A stretch of 64,000 nucleotides of DNA from Octopus bimaculoides. Taxonomy: Eukaryota. The notes beneath the pieces are model-generated. The model had not been told where the DNA came from. It made no database searches and saw only the letters and a list, made by a program, of their open reading frames with translations. Where the stretch lies: contig NC_068982.1 in assembly GCF_001194135.2 (NCBI RefSeq), positions 75,563,534-75,627,533 of the forward strand, written 5' to 3'. Of the stretch, positions 12,295 through 27,200 are shown one piece after another. Positions within the stretch are counted from its first letter, which is position 1; each line of letters starts with the position of its first letter. The position numbers and the translations under genes are program-made.

Positions 12295-15200
12295 NNNNNN
12301 NNNNNNNNNNNNNNNNNNNNNNNNNNNNNNNNNNNNNNNNNNNNNNNNNNNNNNNNNNNNNNNNNNNNNNNNNNNNNNNNNNNNNNNNNNNNNNNNNNNN
12401 NNNNNNNNNNNNNNNNNNNNNNNNNNNNNNNNNNNNNNNNNNNNNNNNNNNNNNNNNNNNNNNNNNNNNNNNNNNNNNNNNNNNNNNNNNNNNNNNNNNN
12501 NNNNNNNNNNNNNNNNNNNNNNNNNNNNNNNNNNNNNNNNNNNNNNNNNNNNNNNNNNNNNNNNNNNNNNNNNNNNNNNNNNNNNNNNNNNNNNNNNNNN
12601 NNNNNNNNNNNNNNNNNNNNNNNNNNNNNNNNNNNNNNNNNNNNNNNNNNNNNNNNNNNNNNNNNNNNNNNNNNNNNNNNNNNNNNNNNNNNNNNNNNNN
12701 NNNNNNNNNNNNNNNNNNNNNNNNNNNNNNNNNNNNNNNNNNNNNNNNNNNNNNNNNNNNNNNNNNNNNNNNNNNNNNNNNNNNNNNNNNNNNNNTATAT
12801 ATATATATATATATATATGAGTGCACAATTTATAGGAAAGATCCAGGGGAATAATTACAAGGTAGCTAAATGCTGCTTAAATGTCTCAGAAAACAATGAT
12901 CATACTTGTGTGGGATTTGATTCCAGGGAGAAGAGAGACGTATTTAGGAGAAAATAGGAGAAATTGATAAAGGAGACAAACACTCAAGATGTTATTAAAT
13001 CATTTATATCTTCATATCATCGACATATGTTTCGATAGAGGCATTCAAAATACATCTGACAAGATGAATATTGATCAGCAATGCATGTCTATTTCATGAG
13101 CACTGTTGTTTATATCCTCTCTGATGAGATTGATGCATTGCTGATCATTATCCATCCTGTTCGATGTATTTTGAATGCATCCATCGTAACATGTCGATGA
13201 TATGATGATATGATTTAATAACATCTTGAACATTTGTCTCCTTTTTTCAATTTTTCCTATAAATATATATATATGAAAAATACTGTTCTCTTCAGTTCCC
13301 CTCCTCTGCATAAATGGTCACCCTTTATCTGCCACAACACTTGTTCTTCCTTCATTATATTCACCCCCTCACCCACTCCCCATTGCTCAATCTCCCATTC
13401 ACTAGTCCATGTCATGCAGTAGGACAGAACCTGAGACCAAATAGTTGAGAAACAAGCTTCTTAACCACACAGCTATGCCTGCATGTATACCATGTCAAAT
13501 AACTATGATTATGTTTCAATAAACCATCTTAGAATTATTAAAAGAGCAACAAACCTTAGCTTTAGTTTTGTGTTGTATTTCTGCTTCCAGTTCCTGATGT
13601 AAAAAAAAAAAAGAATAAAGATGTACAAAGAACATAACAATTCATATCCATTTTTCCATGATAGCATGGTTTAGACAAATATATTACCGAGGTTCTACTT
13701 TATAGCTGGATACTCTCTCTGTCATAAACCCTTTGTCTTTCAACTGAGAGATTTCTTATTCTATATGCCTTTGAACACAAAATCAGGGGGCAATTTGTTG
13801 ACAGAGGAAATGTCAACAATGTCACCACTTGTAACTCAGTGATTTTTGAAGTGTAAATGTAAACGAGCATGCACACGCACACATACACACACATGAGAAT
13901 TCTTTAAATTACGCTTTTCCAAAACCGTTCACAAGACTGGTCAGCTTAAGGCTACAGAAGACATTTGTCCAAAGTGCCATGTAATGAACCTGAACCTAAA
14001 ATCATGTGGCTGGGGAGTGAACTTAACCACACAGCCATACCTGCATCGAAAGAAGCTAGATATAAATAAATAAATTCAAACAGAAAATAACTTTTATTAC
14101 TTTTCCTTTGAAACTGAAAAGAAAGCAATAGAAACAAAGTAAAATAGATTAATAAAGGGGTCTAAATCCCAGTATTTAGAGTGGTTAATCCCTCAATTTA
14201 GCCCAATATGATTATACAATGTAGGAAGGATAAGGCTATAAAAAAATTTGTGCAAGTGTATGTGTGTGCATGAACAAAACAGACAGTTGGTATGGGATAC
14301 AAGATGGATTGTCATTGTTTCACTATGTGGAGAAGATTGAAGAAAGTATATATTAAGGAGTTGGTACTGATAACAAATCAAGTAGATATAATGCAAATGT
14401 GATACATAAATATTATATAAGAGAGAGCATTAGATATGAATTTATATGTAAGAAATGAGGCATATAGAAAGAAACATGAAATGGAAGAAGGAAGGAAAAC
14501 AGTAAATCTGTTCAATACTCACCAGCACAGAAAAATGTGTTAGAAATGGTGACTGTGCTCAACAAATAAATGATAAACTTGAATAACAGAAGACAACATT
14601 AACAAAATCATAACACAGATAGTCTGCTTTTGTAACATTTCTTTAGTGATGTAAGTAAAGAGAACCCAGTCTCTGGCCCATAGATATGCTGCCTCTCTGT
14701 GTTTTTTACTGTTGCTTTAACAAGCTCTACTCCTTGGAACTGTCTGGGTTCATGCCACTTCTACTCAAGGATACCTGATCTACTTGTCTCTCCTCTTGCC
14801 ATCACCCTTGTGTCCACCCTAATCCACCCCCAAACCCTTCAACAATCACTACACTCAGTCCTTCCTTCCCAGATCCTCCCTCTGGAACTCCCTTCCAGCT
14901 CATGTCTTTCATTGCAGGTGTTGACTTAAAAAGTGGAATATTAGTGGCATCAATCTCATCAGTCTAAGATGGTCCTGTGAAAGTCATGGGCACTGTCCCT
15001 TCCTCCAGATCCAGCAAAGTAGAAAGAAAAAAATAAACAAGGTCACAAGTTTATATCACTGATATTATTTATGGCAAAGATATATTCCCAGTCAAGGATA
15101 CTAAGAATTAAAATAAAAATAAAAGGAAAATCTGTCCACAGTAGAAATGTTAATATAAAGAGTTAGGGTTACCAACTGAAAAAAAAAAGCACTTAGGATT

Positions 15201-18200
15201 GAGGTCTGTCATGAACTCTAAGATTCATGAATTTGGAGTTCAGTCACATATACACCAAAGAAACTATGGCTTATATGTAACTGAGATTACAATATTCCCC
15301 ATTAAACAAGATGCCAGTTTGTTGTGGGGTTAACCTCCTGGCAATTCCTGGAACTCATTTACAGCTGAGTGGACTGGAGCAATGTAAGATGAAATGTTTT
15401 TGCTCAAGAACACAACACATTACCAGGTTCGTGAATTGAGGCCATGCTCTTATGATTATGAGTGTAATAACCTAACCACTAGGCCATACACTTTCATAAA
15501 AGGAAAACAACATCTAAGATAAAACAATCATTTCTGGCAAATTGTACCAGAAGAAAATATATCTTGCCTTTCAACTTACTTTTATTCTTTCTTTGTGCAG
15601 ACGTTCAATTTTCTTCATTTCATTCTTTTCAGAATTAAACTTCTCTGAGTTACGTTCAGTGTCCTTTAATAAAGTAGTACAACAGTCAGTAGAAATTACA
15701 TGTCTGCAATTGTTGTTTTCAAAAAATTAGTGAATATTAACTAAACCATATACAACTGTCTGAATTCCTAAGACAACCTTGGAAAGACTATGGGTACTGC
15801 CCATCCTCCAAAAGTCAAATTTTAAAATAAGCAAAACAATGAATACACAGAGTACTATAAAACCACTGACAGACAAATATAAAAGGAGACAAAACAAAAA
15901 GAAATGATTACGATGGCTTAGAATCTATGAGACTCACCTCAATTTGCCTTGTTAGTTGTCTGCACTTTCTGTCCAGTCTTTGCTTCTCGAGGGTTTCCAG
16001 TTCTAGCTTCTGTTCAAGTTCCTAAATACAGTAAATAATGACAGTATAATTAAAATTAGGCATCCAAATATGTGTTGTGTAACCGTTGTTGTTTGTTCCT
16101 ACAGAGAACCCAATGGTAGGCATCAACACAGCACCAGACTACAGAACTATACTATAGTGTTACAGTACTAAAGAAATATAGTGCATTCACATAGATAACA
16201 GGGGACTATGCATATGTTAAAAATAAATGTTTAGAAATCCATAAAAACAATGAGTAATAGCTGAACAAAAAGACAGAACACACATATATCAACTCTAATA
16301 TTTATTTAAATAATACTGTTCACAGTTACTGTGAATACTTTAAATAACCAGCAAAACTGCAAAGTAACTGCCAACACCATTTTATATATGTTTCAAGGCA
16401 CCAATGGGTGCTTTTTTTAATGCAGATTGTCTAAAGCAAGAGTTTTTCCCAACAGCCAGCAATAGTGAATATGGCCTTTATACCAGTCAAATATCTCTCA
16501 AATATACTTCAACTGGTCGATTGGGTTAGCAAGAAAGTAATTTTGTTTTTTTAGTATGAAATAAATTTTTTTTCATACAAAGAATGAACTTAAATCAATT
16601 ATAGTTTTTTTTTTTTGTTTGATGACCTTTTGCCATCTTTCTGGCAACTTTATGATTCTGTGCTCATAGAACTTCTGGTTCTCATCAGCCAAAAACTGAA
16701 GCAAGTGCGATTTCAGGTCATCATCATTATTGAAAGTTTTACCATTCAAAGAATTTTGCAAACTTCGAAATAAATGGTAATCTGACGGTGCAAGGTCAGG
16801 GCTATATGGTGGAGGTGACATCACTTCTCAACCAAGCTCCAATAATTTTTCACGAGTTAGCAAAGACGTGTGTGGTCTAGCATTGTCATGGTGGAACACG
16901 ATTTCTTTATGATTTGCCAATTCTGGCCGTTTTTCTTTGATTGCTTCCTCCAGTTTCATTAGTCATTGACAGTAAACATCTGAATGGATTGCTTTTTCCT
17001 TGGAAGCAGCTCAAAATACACAACACCTTTGTAATCTCACCAAATTGACAGCATCATCTTTTCTTGATACAATTCAGATTTTTGATGTGGTTTGTGCTGG
17101 TTCATTATACTTGGACCATGATAATTTTCGATTGATGTTATTGTAGACAATCCATTTTTCATCACAAGTGATGATTCGTTTAAAAAGGTTGATTTCATTG
17201 CATCTCAAATGCATATCACCAATATTGATTCATTGTGAACCTCTTTCAATTTATGTGGAACCCAAATATTGAGCTTCTTAATGAGTCCAAGACATTTTAA
17301 GTGATTTCCAATTGTCGTGTGTGATACATTTAACCCCTCTGCTATCTCTCGCACAGTTATATGACAATCAAATTCAATTGTGGCTTTGATTCAGTCATCA
17401 TCAACTTCAGTATGTTGACCAAAATGATGGTCATCTTTGAGTGAAAAATCTACAGAATGGAATTTTTAAAACCATATCTGACATGTGCATTAAGCAACCA
17501 ACAGCATAAACTTCACATATCTCTTTGTGAGCCCCAGCAGCTTTCTTGCCTTTATGGAAATAAAAAAGCAAAATATAGTGAAAATGTTCGTTTTTGCACT
17601 CCATGTTAAAATTGACACTGAGCTAACACCTGTAAACAAAATTATGTGCAATTTGCTTCTAAAGAAAGCTGAAAGTAATGGCTATGAAATGTCAAAGCAA
17701 AAAAGTAACATTGACAAAAGCCATTCCAAAAAAATCCTAACTATTTGCAAAAAACGAAATTACTTTCTTGCCAACCCAATATATAGTTAATGAGAAACTA
17801 CAAAATTATATTATGAGAAACTACAAAATGGTGAAGCTACTACTACCACCACCACCACCACTACAGATTATCAACAAATATTTTGGATAAAAAAATGAAA
17901 AGAATATGATTAAGTTGAAAATGGAAACAAATCAACTGAAACATTTTAAAACAGCAAGAATGTAAAAGTCGAGGAGGGGTGAGTAAAGAAATATTAAAAA
18001 TAAAATGAAATTACCTTATTTTTATAGAAGAAGTAAGCAAAAAAAAGAAGTAACCCAAAGCCATTAGGTTAATTAGAAAAGCTACTAAAATACATGTATA
18101 GATTATTTTGATTTTAAAGCTTTGACAAAAGAAATAGATAGAAATATTTTATTACAGAGAAATGGTTCAACAAAGAGCAAGTGAATAATAATGGTAGCTT

Positions 18201-21200
18201 AGATTATTATCATCAATATTTTCAGTCCAAGTGACATACGAAAGATCCGTTTATATATTATTATTAAATTTGTTTTAAAAAAACTCATTTTTTTTTAGTA
18301 TTGTCATGTGCCTTTAGAAGACTCATATTTTTCAAGATTCAGGTCAATTATTCATCATCGTCATCATCATCATTATTATCATTATGGAGAGCTGGCAGAA
18401 TCATTAGCATGCCAGGCAAAATGCTTAATGGGATTTCTGTTTTACCTGAGTTCAAATTCCACAGACATCTACTTTACATCCTGTTGGGGTTGATAAAATA
18501 AGTACTACTTCAGCACTAGGGTTGAATTAATTTACTTATCCTCTCCCCACAAAAATTTTGTGGCCTTGTGTCAAAATTTGAAGTTATTATTAAGGCAGTG
18601 AGCTGGCAGAATCGTTAGCATGCTGGGTGAAGTGTTTAGCAGTATTTTGCCTGTCACTACATTCTGAGGTTGACTTTGCCTTTCATCCTTTCAGAATTAA
18701 TAAATTAAGTACCAGTGAAACACTGGAGACGATGTAATCGACTAAACCCCCTCCCCACGAATTTACGGCCTTGTGCCTTTAGTACAAAGGATTATTATTA
18801 TTATTATTATTATTCAGCTTCCAGAAATAAACTAAATGAAATTACAACAAAGAAAGAATATTGCAGTTTCTATCTGTAAACACTGGTACCTGAGATAATT
18901 TTGATACCAAGATAAAAGAACAGTAGAATAGACAGCAGGTAAACAAAAATTACAGAGAGAAGAATAAAAACACATGAAGAGAAAGAGAGGAATTCAGTGA
19001 GAGGAAATAAAATATGAAATCAAACTTACCTTAACACAAAATTGATTTAAATTTTGATTTAAATAATTGTAGTGAATTTTGATTTGATTTTCATATTAAA
19101 ATAGTGTTGTGGAACTAATTATTGGCAACAAATACATATATTTAAAGAATCATTAAAACATTTTAAGAAATAGACCTAATTCTACAGTTGGTTTATGAGT
19201 AAAAGTTATGGCTCTAACATTGAACATAGGCAGCAATGAATATATATGTCGAAGAGTGTGGGCTTGAAATGTAAAAGACTTTCTCACTTTCCCGAGCATC
19301 AAACTAATACACCTGCTTGTTGTTCATACACCTGTCTTCGTCTTTTGTTTTTCTGTAAATTTCAACTATATATATATATATATATATATTAGCGAGAGAG
19401 AACCACTTAATAGACACCTGATATTAGAGTAGCTGATGTAAAGGACTGTCATCTTAGAAACAATTCCTTCTATGGTAATAACACTACTAATATTTCAGTC
19501 AATCTAGTTTCCAATACATACCAACAACACTGGTACAATGGTTGCATAATTATAAGTATTTGTAGAATTATTCAACCCATAGTAGACACATACACACACA
19601 AAATTGAAACTATTTAACTGTTAGAGATAGATATATACTGGAATTTTCTGTTTAGCCATGCACAATCAATAAATGAACAGTAAATGAAATTAATAACAAC
19701 AATGATTAAACAATAAATTATTAGTGATTAGTATGATATATTTCTTTACAATACTGCAGAGAACAATATCAGTATATCTCTTTAGTGTCATTAAATTGGA
19801 AGACAACTGAATCAAACAATTTGTTGGTTGATGATGGCAGCTTTATGTGGTCACACAACCTGCTAGAAACAGTAATAACATCTCCCATATATTATGCACT
19901 ACCATCTTCTTAATGGACTGAGGCTAGACAACAATTTTACTGATTACCAATATTAGCAACAAAAAAAAAAAAAATGTAATTAAAATTAAAAGTAAAAAAT
20001 TATTTTTCTCTCCAAAAGCAGTAACTAGTTTTCTAACGGACAAAAGAACATTTAGCGACTAATCCAAGGGAGGTTACTCTGGCAAATCTAGACTTATTTA
20101 CTAAGAAATTAATTCCCTTAAAACTAACCTTAAAATCACAAATAAAAAGGGAAAATATCAAATAGGTGTCACTGTTAACATCGCTGAAAAATTATTTTAT
20201 AATAGGCAGGTAGCCGCAACATTTTGTTAAAATTGGTCTATTTATAGCATAAATAAGATGGAATTACTGAGAAAAAAAATAAAACTTTCGTAGAGAATTG
20301 GGAGTGATGTTTTATAAAGGAGGTAGAGAATTAATGTGGTTGAACATTTAAACAAGATATTTCACATTGATGATAATATAACAGTTAATAACAGAATATA
20401 ATTGCATTTCTCCAAGATTATTTCAGTAGGAAAACATAAGACTATCCCTGACATCGAAGTGGCAGTCAATACGTTAAATATTCTTGATTATGTGCAAGCA
20501 TAAAAAACACATACAATGCTCCAATATTATTTAAATAACAATGATATAAGAGACTGTTTACATTTTGACAAAAATAAATAAAATGGGTCTTGGTCAAAAT
20601 TTCCGACTGTGAGTCTTCAATTGTTTCATCAACTGAACCACCAAACTTATTGAATCAGAATACAAAAGTAGCTGAGTATGCCAAAGTGTGTGACTAAGCT
20701 GAACCTTTGAATTACAAATATAATCCATAACAGGTTTCAATGCAATTTCCATTTATCCAATGTCACTCACAAAAATATAGGCTGACCTAAAGCTATATAT
20801 TTAGTCAAGATTCACACAGTGGGATAGAAGCGAAGATATTGTAAATGAGCAGTGCACTTCTTATCCATCCATCCATACTGCATCCATAAATAACGGTTTC
20901 AAATTTTGACACAAAGCCAGTAATTTTTGTGGGGAGAAGGTTAGTTGATTACATTAGCCCCAGTACTTCACTGCTACTTTATTTGTTCAAAGGATGAAAA
21001 GCTAAGATGACCTTGGTGTTATTTGAACTCAGAAAATAAAGAGCTGGAAGAAATGTCACTCAGCATTTTGACCTACTTAATGATTCTGTGAGTTTGCTAC
21101 CTGGCATCTAAAAATAAGAATAACAATAATACACACATTACTCCAACCAAGATAAAATCATCTTGAAGCATTTTTAAAATTCCATTTGTGATTCTACTGC

Positions 21201-24200
21201 TCTTATGTGGTCCTGTTTCAATGCCCACAGAGTTACAGTGAGGCATAGCAGGATTTAGAAGTGTTTGGTTGTATGGGAGGTGCTGAAGACTAAATATTAG
21301 CCTCAGAAGTAGTTGGAGAAATGAACAATGTCAAGCTGTCGGAAAAGGATCACAAGGCATAATGAAGAGCTGGTGATGTCGGTTTACCAATAACACTATC
21401 AAGATTAGCAGAGACTTTGGAAAGAATGTTGAGGAGCTATTTTTTGTTCAGTTGATGCAAACTAATTTCATCTTCATATTTAATCCTGCTTTGTTTCAAC
21501 CAATATAAATCAATATGTATCAACAGGATATTCTATCATATTTTTCTTGTGATGGACTATTTATTCAATCTTGTAAAATAGATTCCTGTCTGCCAAGTCC
21601 TGCATTGCAGTGGTTAAAAAAATACACAGCAAAAGAATCCTTTAGCAAAAATTCAAACTTTCCAAATAATGTGCTGTAACTTTTTAATACAGACATGTCC
21701 ACACAGCTCTCTCTCTCTCTCTGCTATTTATTAAATTTCAGACTGTAGGTAGGATTTTAATTTTCTTGCAACCAAGTCACTTAATTAGTCTTTTAACTGA
21801 ATGTTTTCTGGGCCATTGTCCAATAGCTCTGTCTTTGGAACACCAAATATAGAGAATGTGGAACATAAAAAAATGGCTTCCCTCCAAATTAACTATGATC
21901 AACACATTCCCAGTATTTTGTACTGTATCTCTGGTCTTTATGTACTATTTCCCAGAACTGTGGTTTAGGGCTTTTTATCAGTACATATGTATTAAAATGA
22001 TTTTTCAAGTATTTTAACAGTCTGAACATAAGACAAAAAACATCATTCCCAATATCAGAATGTAATTGTAGCAAAGTATACAGCCATTTTTTAGTCCATT
22101 AAAAACATTAATATGACTGATGGTTTTATTAGGCAGGTCAAGAATTTTAAAATTATAGTGACAATATGAAGGCCCACAAAGCAATCTGCCAATAAGCTTA
22201 CTGGGGAACATGAAGATCCTTAAATATTTGTTCTACACCAAGTTACAGGCACTCTCTACCCAAGAAATACAGTGAACCACTAATTGGGTTATTGGAAACC
22301 TGTAAGCAATAACAGTCATTGCTAGCATGGGTCACATGATTTGACAGCAGTTGCTGAGTCCAAGAATTGCATCATGCTCTGCTGTCTACTTTGGCATGGT
22401 TTCTATGATTGGAAGTCCTTGAACGCCAACCTTTCATGGAGTGTACTGGGTACTTTTTCCATGCCATTGGCACTAGTGATATGGCTTTATTCTAGATGAG
22501 GATTAAGGTATGAGAGAAAGGCTGGGGTGGAGCAGATTCTTGTAGAGGAGCTAGCTAAATGGCTGCTAATATCTAAAGGAAAGAGAGAAAACTGAACCAT
22601 TAGGAGAGGCAAAGAGATAAATAGTGGTGATGAGGTAACTAGGGGGCACCCATCAAGGTATAAGGTGAATAGAAATGAGTAGGGACAGAGAAACTGAGTA
22701 GATGGGTGGGGTTGGGTTGTAAGAGTGTATGAGATAGAAATGGAAGAGGGGAGAGGAGACAAGCAACAACTGTAAAGATTGGGTGGGATTGAAGGGTGGT
22801 TGTAGGGAGTGATGCATATGGGGATGGGGGATGAGCAATGATGCATGAATTGGAGAAGGTAGAGAGATGCAAAAGAGAGCATCAGGATAGTAATGATGGT
22901 ACAGATGACTGAGTAGGCTGCAAGAGAAGGTGGAGAAATGCAGGTTGAGTGCACAAGGAGAGATAATTTGGTGGTCCAGTGAGGGTGGGGAAAAAGTGAA
23001 AAATCAATGTAATGTATGGGTAGAGAGAACAATATTAATGGATGAAGAATGGTTAAAGAAATAAATAAAGCTGCATTAGAGGAGTGATAACTGAGAATGT
23101 TTTATGCTGAAAAGTTGGATGTTGGCAGCACAGGTTTATAGAGATATCCAACTGTTTGGTATTTCAAGCATACATTGTAAAGACAGATAAGCTGAGCCTG
23201 TTGCTTGAGCTGTCAAAGCAACAAATGTGACTTATTAAATACTGGCCAAATCCTGCTATCATGAAATTAGCATAATGATCACTTCATGACATAGTTCATG
23301 TCCCTCCAACATTTTCATTTACATGCTGCAGACATGTACCTCTACATTTATTATGATTTCTCAGCAAACCTTCTCTATAAACCAGTTGCAGTTCTTGGTA
23401 AACTACTTCAAGTGACATTTGTGATCTTTTAATTACTTACCTAATAAAGTTAAGTTTGGTTGAGACCACTTGTATAGAAAATTTTTTTTTAATAAGCTTG
23501 CTAGTTATTGAGAAAAAGAAAACTAAAGAAAAGAAACATTTATTATAAGGGAAACAAGCACTAGCCATGCATTTTATCATTTCCCCTGTCATGTTTCCAA
23601 TGTAAGATGCTACTAGCTCAATTGGTATTGTAACAATACACATGCATATTGCTGTAAAAGAGTAAAAGAATCAATACTTGCATAATTTTAGGGCCATTGT
23701 CAGCATAAACCAAATGAAAATAGGTTTACAAAATCATAGCAGATTTGTCAACAAATCCTGAAACCAACAACAAATCTAGTACTACGAAATTGTGCACCTG
23801 CATAAGTACTCCTTAATCAGTTTTTGGAAGTAACTAACAGTTTCTTCCATTAACTTAAACCCATCTCCAACATATGACTTCTCTTTTGTGCTGATCTAAA
23901 CAAACAAACCTACCTTTAGTCACTCTATTCTTTTGTTACATCTGTAATTAATGTATATACTAAGAAGGCTTGTGAAAACAGTTTTTGCAAGAAATATTGA
24001 TCGCAGAGTGTGTGAATTTTCTTTCTACTCTATCAGTATGCAGAATTGCTAATTCTTTTGTGAACTTCATAAAAAGTGGGTCACAAGGACTTTATTACAA
24101 AATCTGCCAGTCAGACCATCCCCAATTCTGTCTCACACACACCAACCAGACAGAATAAACATATGTTGGCTAAAGTAAAAGCAGCAAATGGCCAACATTA

Positions 24201-27200
24201 TTATATCCTATCCTACCAGGGCATAGTAATGGCCTGGTAGGGCAAGACATAGTAAATGATGGGTCAAAAGTTTAACTACTTTCTCAATTATTCTTCCATC
24301 TCAATGGCTAAGCCACTTTGCTGTAAATAGTTATCACTGGATACAATTGGATCGAAGAGATTACTGTTGCTATAATCAGCAGAAATGCTGTATAAATGAT
24401 TAAAGTGTATTTAGCTTACAATTCTTAGTTCAAACCTAACCTTTAGATAAAAGAAAAAAATGGTCTTCAGACTTATTCCCAACCAGCTTTCAACAGTGAT
24501 AAGGCCTTTAAAACCACCACTAACAAGTTCTACCAATAAATGTGGTTGATGAAAACAGAAAATAACCAATAGTGACAATACATGATAAAAAAAAAAAATT
24601 CTGTCGAATATTAGAATATGGGAAGTCCATCTTGTGTCACACGAATTATAGCATAAACTTCACGTGATAAATTTTAATTTAAACATATTCACATGTATAA
24701 TCTTTCAGTGATTTCAAGCACTGGCTTATGGTCATGATGAGGCATTGTCTTCAAAAGGTTTTAGTCTGTCATGTGAAACCACTGTGAAAAATGATATTTT
24801 ATCTAACTTTATTGAAAGACAAAAGTACGATTCTTGAAATAAAGGGACACAACTCAACATCAGCTTGCATTGGCACAAACTTGGAGAAAGAGAGAGAGAT
24901 ACACACAAAAACGTACCAGTCTTCTACATAGCTTGGTCCACTAACACTAAATTCCACCTATGATCAACCTGAAGCTGTCAAATTGTGGTACTCAGCAAAA
25001 GAAGACAGTGATGGATATAGCTAATTTTGGGAAAGAAAAACTATTAGATAAATAGCATATACACACAATAGTCTTGGCAATCGACAATGATCGCATTAAT
25101 AGGCTACCTTAACTACTTACTGTCATCGGCAAAAGATTTCAGACTCACTGTTTCAAACTTGCTGCTTCCAATAGATGCACTTACTACAGTCATCAGTGCA
25201 TATACACCCACATTTAATGCAGATCATCATCTTCATCGTTTAACGTCCGCTTTCCATGCTAGCATGGGTTGGACGATTTGACTGAGGACTGGTGAACCAG
25301 ATGGCTACACCAGGCTCCAATCTGATTTGACAGAGTTTCTACAGCTGGATGCCCTTCCTAACGCTAACCACTCCGAGAGTGTCGTGGGTGCTTTTACGTG
25401 CACCGGCACGAAGGCCAGTCAGGCGGTACTGGCAACGGCCACGCTCGAAATGGTATCTTTTACGTGCCACCTGCACAGGAGTCAGTCCAGCGGCACTGGC
25501 AACAACCTCACTCGAATGTTTTTTTTCACGTACCATCACGATTTTGTTTCACTTTCACTTGCCTCAACAGGTCTTCGCAAGCCGAGTGAGGAAGTTAAAA
25601 GGATTTTGCACTAACTTATAGGCACAGGTGTGACTGTGTGGTTAAGAAGCTTGCTTTTTACCATGTGATCTTAGGTTCAGTCCCACTGCATGGCACCTTG
25701 GGCTGACTAAAGCTTTGTGAGTGGATTTGGTAGGTGAAAACTGAAAGAAGCCCATATGCATTTTTATGTGTGTGTAAGCGTGCATGCATGTCTGACTTTA
25801 TGTATACACCATCACCACCTGACAACTGGTGTTGGTTTGTTACATCCCTGTAATTTAACGGCTCAGGAAAAGAGACCGTTAGAATAACAACCAGATAGAA
25901 ATAAGTACTGGGGTTGATTTGTTCGACTAAGCCCTTCAAGGTGGCGCCTAGCATGGCTACAGTCCAATGACTGAAAGAAATAAAAGATTAAAGGTAAAGA
26001 TAACCTAGTCTCTTATCCAGAATACAAATACAAGACAAAATCACCTTACAAGGTGACTTCAATGCTGAAGAATATTTATTCACTGTCCTATAAAGGACAC
26101 AATATAATGGTAATATAACCGTAATCTGGTTCATTTGCCAGGACATACTTTAACTGCTCAGAGTTGCCTGGGTAACTAGTACAGAGAGTGGTTAAAAAAA
26201 AGGGAAAAAACCCTATTTTACATGGCTATAAATGTGGCACTTGTGAAGTTAGCGAAGTGGCAACAGTATGTTCAAGTATCTAAGGTTTTACCAGCTACTC
26301 TTTCTATTTCCTGAATGTTGAATCTGAGTGGGGTTTTTTTTTTCCACACACGGTAGAATGAATGACAGGGTAATAAACTGGCTATCCTGGCTACCCTGAG
26401 CCATGGCAATTAATGAGGGGAGTGGGTTTCAGGAATTTAATGAAGGCAGTGGAGGAAGAGGAAGTTTTGAGAGAGAGAGTGTTGTTGGACATTTTGTATT
26501 AATCATCATCATTTGAACATCTACTTCCTCACGTAGGTTGGGCAGTGTTCTATAGCTAGCTGTAGCAAATACACACGCACACACGATGGGCTTCTTAAGT
26601 TTCTGCCTACCAAATCTACACACAAAACTTTGGTCTGCCTGAGTTTATAGTAGAAAACACCTGCCCAAGGTGCCACACAGTGGGACAGAACCCAAAACCA
26701 TGTGATGAGAAAGCAAACTTCTTCACCATACAATCATATTTACACCTGGTGTAGGCATGAGTGTGTGTGAAGGGTGTATATACAGTGAAGTCAGTGACTA
26801 AAAGTATAATTTACAACAAATATAAATGAGGTGTAAAACATCTGCTGCCAAACTAATTATGAATTAAGTGACCATTCATTGAAATCAGAATAAATATCAT
26901 AATGATAAAATGGTTCTTGTAGAATCTAGAGACAAAAATTTTTTTAATAATATTCAGCTTTTGGAGACAGCCTCTTCAATTGTTTTTGAATTAGAAACTA
27001 ATCAACCAGATTTTATCCTGAGTAAAATGTTAGTCAATCTTGTGTAATATTTTACTTCAAATTGTAAATAGGAATTTTTTTTTGTTAGAATGCCAAAATC
27101 AAGACTTTTTTGATGGAAATAATGATATATTTTGTTCTCTAATTCCTTACTAGAAATGAGAAAATAGAGAGAAAATAAAAATAATCACCTGAAGATTAAA

